Of a DNA stretch of 64,000 nt, positions 1 through 8,639 are shown in pieces (the stretch's first letter is position 1; each line of letters starts with the position of its first letter). The stretch comes from Bacteroidota bacterium (GTDB taxonomy: Bacteria > Bacteroidota > Rhodothermia > Rhodothermales > UBA10348), in contig JADFHF010000010.1 in assembly GCA_022567305.1 (NCBI GenBank), positions 15,830-79,829 on the forward strand. The letters are read 5' to 3'. Both the position numbers and the translations under genes were made by a program. The notes beneath the pieces were generated by a model. The model saw only the letters and a program-made list of their open reading frames with translations, did not search any database and was not told where the DNA came from.

Positions 1-382
1 CTGCATCATTTTCCGCGTCCGCAGAGATCACGTTCGCGATGACTTGAACTTCGTGGAAAAAGTTGTCGACGAACATCGGGCGCAAAGCCCTGTCGATGAG
101 TCGCGATGAAAGTACTTCTTTCTCGGTCGGGCGTCCCTCTCTCTTAATAAATCCGCCTGGAAATTTTCCGCCCGCCGAATATTTCTCGCGATAGTCCACG
201 GTGAGTGGAAAAAAACTTTGTGCTTCTTTTGGTTCTCTATTCAATACAGCTGTGCAAAGTACCATGGTATCTCCCATTCGTACGACAACAGCGCCACCAG
301 CTTGTTTGGCAAGTCGGCCAGTTTCGAGCGTAAGGCTTTTTCCGGGGCTTAATTCAATCTCCCGAATTTTTATTTCTGACAT
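1..382 (-). CDS. pnp: Polyribonucleotide nucleotidyltransferase (PNPase), N-terminal part; runs off the left edge
   Basis: Not in the ORF track. Manual translation from the ATG at 382 gives [46 protein letters not shown]...[46 protein letters not shown]. It follows rpsO, as is typical. Confidence 0.96.
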   Translation of the reverse strand, partial: MSEIKIREIELSPGKSLTLETGRLAKQAGGAVVVRMGDTMVLCTAVLNREPKEAQSFFPLTVDYREKYSAGGKFPGGFIKREGRPTEKEVLSSRLIDRALRPMFVDNFFHEVQVIANVISADAENDA

Positions 383-528
383 TTTCTCTTTGTTTTTCTT
401 TTCTCTCTCTTCCTACACAAACAACGATAGGGTCCTTCGTTAGGACCTATGCACAGCCTATCAGGTAGAGGTGCGTTGTAATTCGAGACGGCACCGTCTT
501 AAAGAAAATGCCGTTCGTCGATGTGGTA

Positions 529-795
529 TTACTTTCGAATACCAAGTTCTGCGATAAGAGTACGATATCGTTCAATATCACGCTCCATTACGTAATTCAG
601 CAGACGCCGTCTCTTACCGACCAGCTTCAACAGCCCACGTCTAGTGGAATGGTCTTTGGAATGTACCTTAAGATGCTCGGTTAGATCTGCTATTCGGGCA
701 CTGAATATGGCGATCTGGACTTCAGGGGCCCCGGTGTCGGAGTTGCCCTGACCATATTTCCCGACGATTTCCTGCTTCTTCTCCTTTGATATCAT
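529..795 (-). CDS. rpsO: 30S ribosomal protein S15
   Basis: [10 protein letters not shown]...[28 protein letters not shown] signature; 88 aa. Confidence 0.98.
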   Translation of the reverse strand: MISKEKKQEIVGKYGQGNSDTGAPEVQIAIFSARIADLTEHLKVHSKDHSTRRGLLKLVGKRRRLLNYVMERDIERYRTLIAELGIRK

Positions 796-812
796 TAAGA
801 GATCCTCTTTAG

Positions 813-821
813 ATTATACCA
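813..821 (-). promoter_or_regulatory. Possible extended -10 promoter (TGgTATAAT) for rpsO
   Basis: Minus strand reads TGGTATAAT about 18 nt upstream of the rpsO ATG, followed by SD-like AGAGGA. The implied leader is very short. Confidence 0.35.
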
Positions 822-911
822 TGCTAAAGAAGAACCCGCACTCCCTGCGTGGGAAACGAATTCAGTTCTACATTCGGCAAAATGGCCGAATTCTTATCCG
901 AAGCTACAAAT

Positions 912-1850
912 TTAGGGCTTCGATTTAACAGAAGCGATGCAACGCACTCTATCTTCATTAAGTTGCTCCACAAGCGCTTCAATTCCTTCGAATTTCTTTT
1001 CTGAACGAATTCTTGATACGAATTCAACACGGAGTCTGCTTCCATATAAGTCTTCGTCCAGACCCATAATGTGCACTTCCAGGTGGCGCCCGTCTTCTTC
1101 AAAGGTGGGCCTAACGCCAATATTCATCATCCCGGCGTACGACGTGTCGCGATCTTCCAAATAGACCGCCACGGCGTAAACGCCGTTTTGGGGGATCACC
1201 TTATTCTGGTTTATCGTTCTGAGGTTTGCCGTGGGGAAACCAATTTCACGGCCTCGGCCAATCCCTTTTATCACTTCGGCCGTTATTCCGAATCGGTAAC
1301 CCAAGTAATCACGTGCAAGTGCCATATTTCCCTTCTCCTTTATCGTATGCCGAATGAGCGAAGAGGACACGATATCATGATGAAATACTTTCGCAGGGAT
1401 CACATCCACTGTGAACCGATGGTCTGATGCCATCTCGAGCAGAGTTTTCTCGCTTCCGGTCCGGTCCTGTCCAAAGTGATGATCGTCGCCAACGACCATC
1501 TCCTGCATACCGATACGCTTGATCAGCATATCTACCACAAAATCTTCAGCTCCGGTCTGAGAAAATTCTCGCGTAAACGGAATGACAACCATACGCTGAA
1601 TCCCCAATTCTCCCAAGATTGTTGCACGCTCTTCGATGGTAGTGAGAAGCGAAACGGGATCTGGACCCACAATTTCACGTGGATGTGGATCAAACGTGAC
1701 CACCGTGCTGGTCCCCCCCCTTTCCGCACTTCTCTCGAGTAAATGGTCGAGAATCGCCCGGTGCCCCATGTGAACACCGTCAAATGTCCCTACCGTAACA
1801 ACAGAAGAATCGTCACGAATCACATCCGCTATGTGCTCGAGAGGGTTCAC
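912..1850 (-). CDS. ribF: Bifunctional riboflavin kinase / FAD synthetase
   Basis: GTFDGVHMGH, VSSSLIR, GRGREIGFPTAN, NIGVRPTF, LEVHI motifs. Confidence 0.97.
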   Translation of the reverse strand: MNPLEHIADVIRDDSSVVTVGTFDGVHMGHRAILDHLLERSAERGGTSTVVTFDPHPREIVGPDPVSLLTTIEERATILGELGIQRMVVIPFTREFSQTGAEDFVVDMLIKRIGMQEMVVGDDHHFGQDRTGSEKTLLEMASDHRFTVDVIPAKVFHHDIVSSSLIRHTIKEKGNMALARDYLGYRFGITAEVIKGIGRGREIGFPTANLRTINQNKVIPQNGVYAVAVYLEDRDTSYAGMMNIGVRPTFEEDGRHLEVHIMGLDEDLYGSRLRVEFVSRIRSEKKFEGIEALVEQLNEDRVRCIASVKSKP

Positions 1851-2575
1851 GACTTTGGAAGTGGCTGTTCCATTCGAATGGGAACTCGAGTTTTAAGGTT
1901 CTCCAAGCTCCATGCACGATCCACTCCGATGTTGCCGATCCCCGTTCGTCGGAGAGCAATCAAATGCGCACCGACTCCAAGCTCTTGCCCCAGTTCATGG
2001 GCGATGGATCGAACATAGGTACCCCTCGAGCACGTCATCCTAAAGGGTACGTCGGCACCCTCCAGATCGCCAAGATCCAACGAGTATACAGAGACATCCC
2101 TCGGCGGAGTCGTTACTTGTTCACCGCGTCGGGCCTTTTTGTATAGTCGTTCTCCGTGATGTCGGACCGCCGAGTAGATTGGGGTGGTTTGTCTTAACGA
2201 CCCGACAAATTTGGTGGATGCAGCACGTATTTTTTCTGTCGTGAGTCCATCTATGTTTGTCGAAGAGTCGACAGGCGTCTCTGCATCGTACGAGGCCGTC
2301 GTTTGGCCCATGCGAATGAGACCGTCGTATGACTTCTCCATTTCCATAAATTCCCTCATGCGTTTGGTAGAAGCTCCGAACAAACAAATGAGAAGACCTG
2401 TTGCCATTGGATCCAGGGTCCCCGCATGTCCAATTTTTCGTTGTCCGGTTATTTTCCTGAGCTCGCGTATAACGTCGAAGGATGACAGTCCTTTTGTCTT
2501 GTCAACCGGTAGAACAACGGAATCCCAAGATGTTGGAAGTTCCGGATAGTAAAAGAGTTCACCACTTGATGACAT
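1847..2575 (-). CDS. truB: tRNA pseudouridine(55) synthase (short form)
   Basis: KIGHAGTLDPMATG, PIYSAV, CSRGTYVRS motifs; lies between rbfA and ribF. Confidence 0.97.
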   Translation of the reverse strand: MSSSGELFYYPELPTSWDSVVLPVDKTKGLSSFDVIRELRKITGQRKIGHAGTLDPMATGLLICLFGASTKRMREFMEMEKSYDGLIRMGQTTASYDAETPVDSSTNIDGLTTEKIRAASTKFVGSLRQTTPIYSAVRHHGERLYKKARRGEQVTTPPRDVSVYSLDLGDLEGADVPFRMTCSRGTYVRSIAHELGQELGVGAHLIALRRTGIGNIGVDRAWSLENLKTRVPIRMEQPLPKS

Positions 2576-2607
2576 GGTCGAGCGGCTGCGGAGGTTAGAT
2601 CGATGAT

Positions 2608-2982
2608 TTAGGAAACGGCATCCGGGCCCTCCCGCTCTTCATTGATCTTACCGAACAGCTCCTCCAAGCGGGCAGCCTCGGTTAGGGATTCATCGAGAAA
2701 AAAGCGAAGGCTGGGGACAGATTTCAGTTGGTGCCGTATGCGAGCTGCCAAACTGAATCGGATCTGACTGGCTAAATCCTTCAGGTGCTCCAGAAGAGCT
2801 TTTCTTTGCTCATCGCCGTCACCTAAAATGCTTACATACACACTTGCGATAGAAAGGTCATTTGTCACTCGGACGCCCGTCACCGTAACGAGCGGCTTAA
2901 GCTGATCGGAGAAATCCTTGGACAAGATTTCAGCAATCTCTCGCTGAAGCATTCTGGAGACTCTCTCGGTGCGAATACTCAT
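2608..2982 (-). CDS. rbfA: 30S ribosome-binding factor A
   Basis: RTERVSRMLQREIAEIL, VTVTGVRVTNDLSIASVYVS, VPSLRFFLDESL; follows infB. Confidence 0.97.
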   Translation of the reverse strand: MSIRTERVSRMLQREIAEILSKDFSDQLKPLVTVTGVRVTNDLSIASVYVSILGDGDEQRKALLEHLKDLASQIRFSLAARIRHQLKSVPSLRFFLDESLTEAARLEELFGKINEEREGPDAVS

Positions 2983-3027
2983 CTTTCTCCAATAGAATTG
3001 AATTGAAATAGACCTGGAACGACGGAT

Positions 3028-5838
3028 CTATACTTCGAGCGTGCGCTTGGTCTCTACGATTTCGTATGCTTCAATCTGATCACCCACCTTGATGTCATTA
3101 AAGTTCTCGATTCCGATTCCACACTCGTACCCATTCTGAACTTCTCTGACGTCGTCTTTGAATCGTCTGAGCGATGCAAGAGTCCCATCATAAATGACGA
3201 CATCATCGCGGATCAGGCGAACATTATCAGATCGCTTAATTCGACCGTCCACCACAAAACAGCCAGCAACCATTCCGATTTTCGGAACCTTAAACGTCTC
3301 ACGCACATCCATCACACCGACAATGTTTTCGTGTTTCTCAGGCGTAAGCAGTCCCTCGAGTGCGTCGCGTACCTCAGCAATTGCGTGATAAATTACGGAG
3401 TAGAGTCGAATATCGATCTCTTCCTTTTCGGCGAGACGGCGGGCACCCAATACGGGTCGGACCTGGAAACCGATAATAATGGCATTAGACGCAGTCGCAA
3501 GCATCACGTCGCTCTCATTGATGGCTCCGACACCTTTATGAATAATATTTACAACCACTTCTTCAGTGGAAAGCTTCAGTAGAGAATCTGAGAGCGCCTC
3601 CACAGACCCCCCTACATCTCCCTTAACAACCAGGTGAAGTTCGCGGAAATCGCCAAGGGCAAGACGTCGACCAATTTCGTCGAGAGTGATGTGCTTCCTC
3701 TGACGGTGAGCTTGTTCTCTAGATATTTGTTGACGCTTTTGGGCAATAGCTTTCGCTTCTTTCTCATCATCCATAACAATGAAGGAATCTCCCACGTCTG
3801 GCGAACCATCGAGGCCTATAACCTGCGCCGGCATCGCCGGGCCAGCTTCATAAATACGATTATCCCGCTCATCAAACATTGCACGGACTCGCCCGAAATA
3901 GATGCCGGCGATGAACGCATCTCCCAGCCTTAGGGTACCATTTTGTACGAGGACTGAGGCGACAACACCACGTCCTTTCTCGAGCTTGCTTTCGATGACT
4001 GTTCCAACGGTGTTTCTGTTAGGATTCGCTTTCAAATCCAGTAACTCAGATTCCAACAAAACCCTGTCCAAGAGTTCATCAACACCCTTTCCAGTTTTGG
4101 CCGAAACCAACTCACACTGCACTTTTCCACCGAACTGCTCTACGAGAACATTTTCATCGGCAAGTTGCTGCATGACCCGTTGTTCATTGGCGTCGGACTT
4201 ATCGATTTTGTTGATGGCGACGACAATGGGTACGTTAGCTGCTCTAGCATGATTAATCGCCTCGACGGTCTGAGGCATAACCGCATCGTCTGCCGCAACC
4301 ACTAGAATTACAAGGTCAGTAACCTGAGCCCCTCGCGCACGCATGGCCGTGAAAGCTTCGTGTCCAGGCGTGTCCAGGAACGTCAGCTCCCTATCGTTTT
4401 TGAGCTTTACGTGATAGGCTCCAATATGCTGAGTGATCCCTCCAGCTTCGCCGGCCACCACATTTTCGTTCCGGATATGATCCAACAGCGAGGTTTTCCC
4501 GTGGTCTACGTGACCCATCACGGTGACCACGGCAGATCTTGGTAGAAGGTCTTCGGGTGCATCTTCCTCGACGATAATGTCCGAGACGGTGAACTCGCTG
4601 ATAAATTCAACTTCGTACCCATACTCGTCAGCGACAAAGGTGATTGTGTCAGCATCGAGTCGTTGATTGATGGATACGATCATTCCGGCCTCGAAGAGTA
4701 CACTGATGACTTCCGTAACCGGAACATCCATCAAGTTTGCAAGCTCACCTGTGGAGAGATATTCGGTAAGTTCGAGGAGCGTTTCGCCTTCTTCCTTCTC
4801 GTCCATTTCCCGCTGACGCTCAGCTGCATGATCCTCTCGCTTCTGGCGTCTCCGGCGTTGACGGACACGGCTCGCGCCCATTTCCAATTCACGAAGGGTT
4901 TCCTGAAGCGTTTGTTCGACATCAGCCTCGTCAACCTTCGGTCCCTTCTTTTTCTTGGATTTCTTTTTTGAGACTTGGCCGTCCGGCTGATCGACCACAC
5001 CTTTCTGAGGCTTACCTCCTCCACCGATTCTCTTTCTCTTTCGCTTTTTACCTCTCTTTCCAGCCGGGGGTCGGTCTTCCTCCTTTACCTTCTCAAGGTT
5101 AATCGTCCCTAGAATTTTAGTCCCAGCTAGTTTGTAGCGATCGGCAGCCAACAAACCTTCCTGCTCAACTTGTTCTTCAAGATCCTCGGCAGCTTCTATT
5201 GCCCCGTCTGAAGAATCCGGGGCTATGTCCGGTATTGCCTCGTCCGGTTTTGGTACGGCTTCCTCCGCTAGCATTTCTGTCGACTCTGCTACAATCTCGG
5301 CTTGGTCGACTAAAGGTTCGGGCTGTTTGTCGGGCTTTTCTGTCGGTTCAGAGATTACCGGTTCGACCTCGACTGGAGCCTCGCCGATCACCTCGGCGAC
5401 AGTCTCGGAGACCTCGTCAACTTTCGATTCTTCAGAAACTGCTTCCTCAGTATCCTCCTGAACATCTTCCGGAACGACTTCCGCCTTCAGAGTCTCAACG
5501 TATTCGTCTTCAAAGGATGTCGCTTCTTCAGATTCCGCTTCCTCGACGACCGCCTCTTCCTCAGGAATTTCTTTTTCTACGATTTCGCCCGTTTCCGAGA
5601 CGACACGCGCAGCACGCTTCTTATCAATTCGGGCTGCCACTACCTTGTCTTCAGCGAATTCCTCGAGAAGAGCCAGATACGCGTCTTCATTTGTAATAGA
5701 CGCATTGATTCCCTTGCCAGAAAGGGCATCAGCGAAACCGGCATCTGAAAGGTGCTCAACCAGAGAATCAACGGCGATGTTTAACTCGCGCGAAACCCTA
5801 AATAAGCGAACTTTCTTAAAATTATCCGTCGTGGACAT
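3028..5838 (-). CDS. infB: Translation initiation factor IF-2
   Basis: MGHVDHGKTSLLD, GGITQHIGAY, DTPGHEAF, NKID GTPase motifs; C-terminal SLRRFKDDVREV...ECGI. Confidence 0.98.
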   Translation of the reverse strand: MSTTDNFKKVRLFRVSRELNIAVDSLVEHLSDAGFADALSGKGINASITNEDAYLALLEEFAEDKVVAARIDKKRAARVVSETGEIVEKEIPEEEAVVEEAESEEATSFEDEYVETLKAEVVPEDVQEDTEEAVSEESKVDEVSETVAEVIGEAPVEVEPVISEPTEKPDKQPEPLVDQAEIVAESTEMLAEEAVPKPDEAIPDIAPDSSDGAIEAAEDLEEQVEQEGLLAADRYKLAGTKILGTINLEKVKEEDRPPAGKRGKKRKRKRIGGGGKPQKGVVDQPDGQVSKKKSKKKKGPKVDEADVEQTLQETLRELEMGASRVRQRRRRQKREDHAAERQREMDEKEEGETLLELTEYLSTGELANLMDVPVTEVISVLFEAGMIVSINQRLDADTITFVADEYGYEVEFISEFTVSDIIVEEDAPEDLLPRSAVVTVMGHVDHGKTSLLDHIRNENVVAGEAGGITQHIGAYHVKLKNDRELTFLDTPGHEAFTAMRARGAQVTDLVILVVAADDAVMPQTVEAINHARAANVPIVVAINKIDKSDANEQRVMQQLADENVLVEQFGGKVQCELVSAKTGKGVDELLDRVLLESELLDLKANPNRNTVGTVIESKLEKGRGVVASVLVQNGTLRLGDAFIAGIYFGRVRAMFDERDNRIYEAGPAMPAQVIGLDGSPDVGDSFIVMDDEKEAKAIAQKRQQISREQAHRQRKHITLDEIGRRLALGDFRELHLVVKGDVGGSVEALSDSLLKLSTEEVVVNIIHKGVGAINESDVMLATASNAIIIGFQVRPVLGARRLAEKEEIDIRLYSVIYHAIAEVRDALEGLLTPEKHENIVGVMDVRETFKVPKIGMVAGCFVVDGRIKRSDNVRLIRDDVVIYDGTLASLRRFKDDVREVQNGYECGIGIENFNDIKVGDQIEAYEIVETKRTLEV

Positions 5839-5881
5839 ACAGTCAGGTTTTTGAGGATTATAACCGGTTCAAGACAACCGT

Positions 5882-7885
5882 CTAAGCCTCTATTTTCTCT
5901 TCTCCTTCTTCCTCGGTATTCTCTGTAGAGCTTGATTCCTCGTCTACATTCTCGGTGCCTTCCGTGTCGTCGGCCGTAGTCTCGTCACTGTTCTCGGCTT
6001 TGGCCTCTTCGCTGTCGTCGGCTTTGACCGCGTCGCCGCTGTCGGCCTTGGCCTCTTCGCTGTCGTCGGCTTTGACCGCGTCGCCGCTGTCGGCCTTGGC
6101 CTCTTCGCTGTCGTCGGCTTTGGCCGCGTCGCCGCTGTCGGCCGTAGTCTCGTCGCTGTTCTCGGCTTTGGCCTCTTCGCTGTCCTCGTCTTTGACCGCG
6201 TCGCCGCTGTCAGCCTTGACCTCTTCGCTGTCGTCGGCCTTGGCCTCTTCGCTATCGTCGGCTTTGGCCGCGTCGCCGCTGTCGGCCTTGGCCTCTTCGC
6301 TGTCGTCGGTCTTGGCCGCGTCGCCGGCGTCGGCTTTGGCCTCTTCGCTGTCGTCGGAGTCAGGGCTTTCCGGGTCTGATTCTGCAGAAGCTTTGTCCGC
6401 AGTTTCAGTCTCCGGGGATTCATCTGCGCCTTCTTCGGATGCACTTTCGCTCGTTTCCTCCTCGGCTGAAGCGTCATCCTCTTCCGAATCGAGTTTCACA
6501 TCGGAGTCCGTATCGGAGTCCGCAGCAGAATCCTCCTTGGATTCTGCTTTCTCGTCAATTAATTCTGCGTCTTCTTTAGGAACCGTCGCTTCGGCACCCT
6601 CCACTGGCGGAGTTGCCAATTCTATCTTGTTGCCGTCATCCTCTTCCTCAAACTCGGATCGAATGACATCAATCACTGCTGCAGCGATCTCGACGTCAAG
6701 CCCCGTCCTGCGGACCAATTCTTCCTTAGAGAGCTCTAGAACCGCACGCGCCGTGTCACACCCGATATCTCGCAATAGCTGAAGCGTATCGGCATCTATT
6801 TCGTCGGCAAACTCCCCAATCTCAACGTCCTCTTCTTTGTCCGAAATCTCTCGATAGACATCGATCTCGTATCCTGTAAGCATGGACGCGAGTCGGATAT
6901 TAATACCGCCCCGGCCAATTGCCTGGCTGACTTCATCCGCTCTTACAACGACCTTTGCTCTTGGAGGATCGAGGTCATCGTTGATCTGAATCGAGAAGGG
7001 ATTTGATGGAGACAGCGCGCGTTTGATCAGCTCTTCCTTGCTGTCGGACCACTGAACCACATCAATATTTTCATTTCCCAATTCTCGTACGACAGCATGA
7101 ATACGTGAGCCCTTCATTCCGACACACGCCCCTACCGGGTCGATTCGTTCGTCATAACTGATAACAGCCACTTTGGCTCGTTCTCCAGGTTCTCTGACGA
7201 TTTGTTTGATCTCAACAATCCCTTCGTCGATTTCCGGTACTTCGAGCTCAAATAGTCTCTCCATGAACAGCGGATCTGCGCGACTCACAATAATCTGTGG
7301 ATTTCCGGCGCTGTCTCGACTGACCTCCTTGATGACCGCGCGGATCATGTCCCCTTTCCTATAGCGGTCACGATAGATTTGCTCGCTTCTGGGAAGAATC
7401 AATTCCACTTTGTTGTGGATGACGAGAATCTCCCGGCGCCTGATCTGATAGATTTCACCTACGACGACTTCGCCGACCAGTTCTTGATACCACTCGAAGA
7501 CATTCTCCTTTTCTATGTCCCGAATACGCTGACTAAACGTCTGGCGCGCCGTCATTACAGCCCGGCGCCCAAAATCTTTGAAGTCAATCTCTTCGGCCAC
7601 TTCATCGCCTACCACGAATTCCGGGTCGGTGCGAATTGCGTCGGAATATTCAATTTGTGTAACCGGATCGTGCAAATCCCAATCCTTTACCACTTCCCTG
7701 ATATGCAAAATCTGCATATCGCCATGATCTGGATTCAGGATGATCTCGAATGAATCGTCTGATCCATACCTCTTTTTGATCATTGCCCGAAACACATCCT
7801 CAACGATTAATTGAAGGGTATCTCTATCAATTCCCTTTTCATGCGCAATCTCTGCGAATGAAGAAACAAGGACTGAACTCTGCAT
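5882..7885 (-). CDS. nusA: Transcription termination/antitermination factor NusA with a long acidic C-terminal tail
   Basis: FGRRAVMTARQ, LFELEVPEI, REPGERAKVAV, DPVGACVGMKGSRI, AIGRGGINIRLAS; the last ~250 aa are D/E/S/A-rich low complexity. Confidence 0.97.
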   Translation of the reverse strand: MQSSVLVSSFAEIAHEKGIDRDTLQLIVEDVFRAMIKKRYGSDDSFEIILNPDHGDMQILHIREVVKDWDLHDPVTQIEYSDAIRTDPEFVVGDEVAEEIDFKDFGRRAVMTARQTFSQRIRDIEKENVFEWYQELVGEVVVGEIYQIRRREILVIHNKVELILPRSEQIYRDRYRKGDMIRAVIKEVSRDSAGNPQIIVSRADPLFMERLFELEVPEIDEGIVEIKQIVREPGERAKVAVISYDERIDPVGACVGMKGSRIHAVVRELGNENIDVVQWSDSKEELIKRALSPSNPFSIQINDDLDPPRAKVVVRADEVSQAIGRGGINIRLASMLTGYEIDVYREISDKEEDVEIGEFADEIDADTLQLLRDIGCDTARAVLELSKEELVRRTGLDVEIAAAVIDVIRSEFEEEDDGNKIELATPPVEGAEATVPKEDAELIDEKAESKEDSAADSDTDSDVKLDSEEDDASAEEETSESASEEGADESPETETADKASAESDPESPDSDDSEEAKADAGDAAKTDDSEEAKADSGDAAKADDSEEAKADDSEEVKADSGDAVKDEDSEEAKAENSDETTADSGDAAKADDSEEAKADSGDAVKADDSEEAKADSGDAVKADDSEEAKAENSDETTADDTEGTENVDEESSSTENTEEEGEEKIEA
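5975..6358 (-). repeat. Coding minisatellite in nusA: 16 x 24-bp units (8-aa variants ADDSEEAK / ADSGDA(A/V)K / AENSDETT)
   Basis: Units such as ggcctcttcgctgtcgtcggc and gcgtcgccgctgtcggc recur nearly identically at DNA level; counted by hand from the translation. Confidence 0.92.
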
Positions 7886-7967
7886 TGGCTTACTTAATTG
7901 CCTTACTTATTTGCATAATTTAATTCGGTCATCCCCGACCGCTCGAACGATCTCACTCCCCGAATTT

Positions 7968-8453
7968 TTACCAGGGCATGACAATTCGAGCCTCATCAAT
8001 TTCTTCGAACGTAATCGTCATTATTTCGCCGGAGTCTAACTCCAGAACAACATCCTGGTCAGACGAAGAAACGAGTTGTCCCCTCTCCTTGACTGAGTGA
8101 GCACCAGACGACGTCGGCCGAATCTGAACCTCAATCGTTTTCCCCGTATGCTGATGATATTGTCGTGGATTCATTAGCGCTTTTTGCTCACCGGGAGAAG
8201 ACACGTTTAGGTGATATTTCCCTCGAATAAAATCTTCCGACTCCAATAAAAAGAAAAGTTGTTTGCTGATCAATGCGAGAACATCCACATTTACGCCCTG
8301 GTCGCCGTCTACGAAGACTTCGACGACACGGGAGCCCTGGCGACCTCGTACAACGACATCAACCAGGAATACATCTAGTCCCTGCATCGCCTCAAGTGCG
8401 AGACGCTGAATCTTGGATTCGATATTTATCTCTGCCTTTATTCCCGTCACCAT
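7968..8453 (-). CDS. rimP: Ribosome maturation factor RimP
   Basis: LVDVVVRG...VEVFVDGDQGVNVD...YHLNVSSPG; first gene before nusA. The ATG at 8453 is preferred over the TTG at 8465, which lies inside a terminator U-tract. Confidence 0.93.
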   Translation of the reverse strand: MVTGIKAEINIESKIQRLALEAMQGLDVFLVDVVVRGRQGSRVVEVFVDGDQGVNVDVLALISKQLFFLLESEDFIRGKYHLNVSSPGEQKALMNPRQYHQHTGKTIEVQIRPTSSGAHSVKERGQLVSSSDQDVVLELDSGEIMTITFEEIDEARIVMPW

Positions 8454-8463
8454 GCTATTCTGC

Positions 8464-8499
8464 AAAAAACGCCCGTTCCGGTTTTTACTCGGACGGGCG
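8464..8499 (-). terminator. Terminator-like hairpin 2 in the rimP leader
   Basis: Minus strand: CGCCCGT-CCG-agtaaaaac-CGG-A-ACGGGCG-TTTTTT. Confidence 0.7.
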
Positions 8500-8521
8500 C
8501 CACCTACTTCCTTTCAGCAAC

Positions 8522-8549
8522 AAAAAAGGGCGGCATCGTGCCCCCCTTT
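8522..8549 (-). terminator. Terminator-like hairpin 1 in the rimP leader (rimP-leader-like attenuator)
   Basis: Minus strand: AAAGGG-G-GGCA-cga-TGCC-G-CCC-TTTTTT. Confidence 0.72.
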
Positions 8550-8562
8550 CACCGTAGCCAAC

Positions 8563-8591
8563 AATATACACCGAATTCAGCTCGTTGTCCA
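8563..8591 (-). promoter_or_regulatory. Sigma70-type promoter for the rimP-nusA-infB operon
   Basis: Minus strand TGGACA-N17-TATATT, each box a 5/6 match to consensus, just upstream of the two hairpins. Confidence 0.6.
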
Positions 8592-8639
8592 ACACACGAC
8601 CGTCATCAAATCATGTGGAAACGTTGAACAAAAACAGCA

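Noticed and set aside
872-891. Hairpin attcggc-aaaatg-gccgaat after ribF as a terminator or S15 leader
   Set aside because: There is no U-tract on the coding strand, and too little evidence to call a structured leader.
5944-6782. Long alternative-frame ORFs (177 aa minus PTTAKRPR-rich; 275 aa plus S/A/L-rich) over the nusA tail
   Set aside because: These are shadow frames of the 24-bp repeat, which lacks stops; there is no independent coding evidence.
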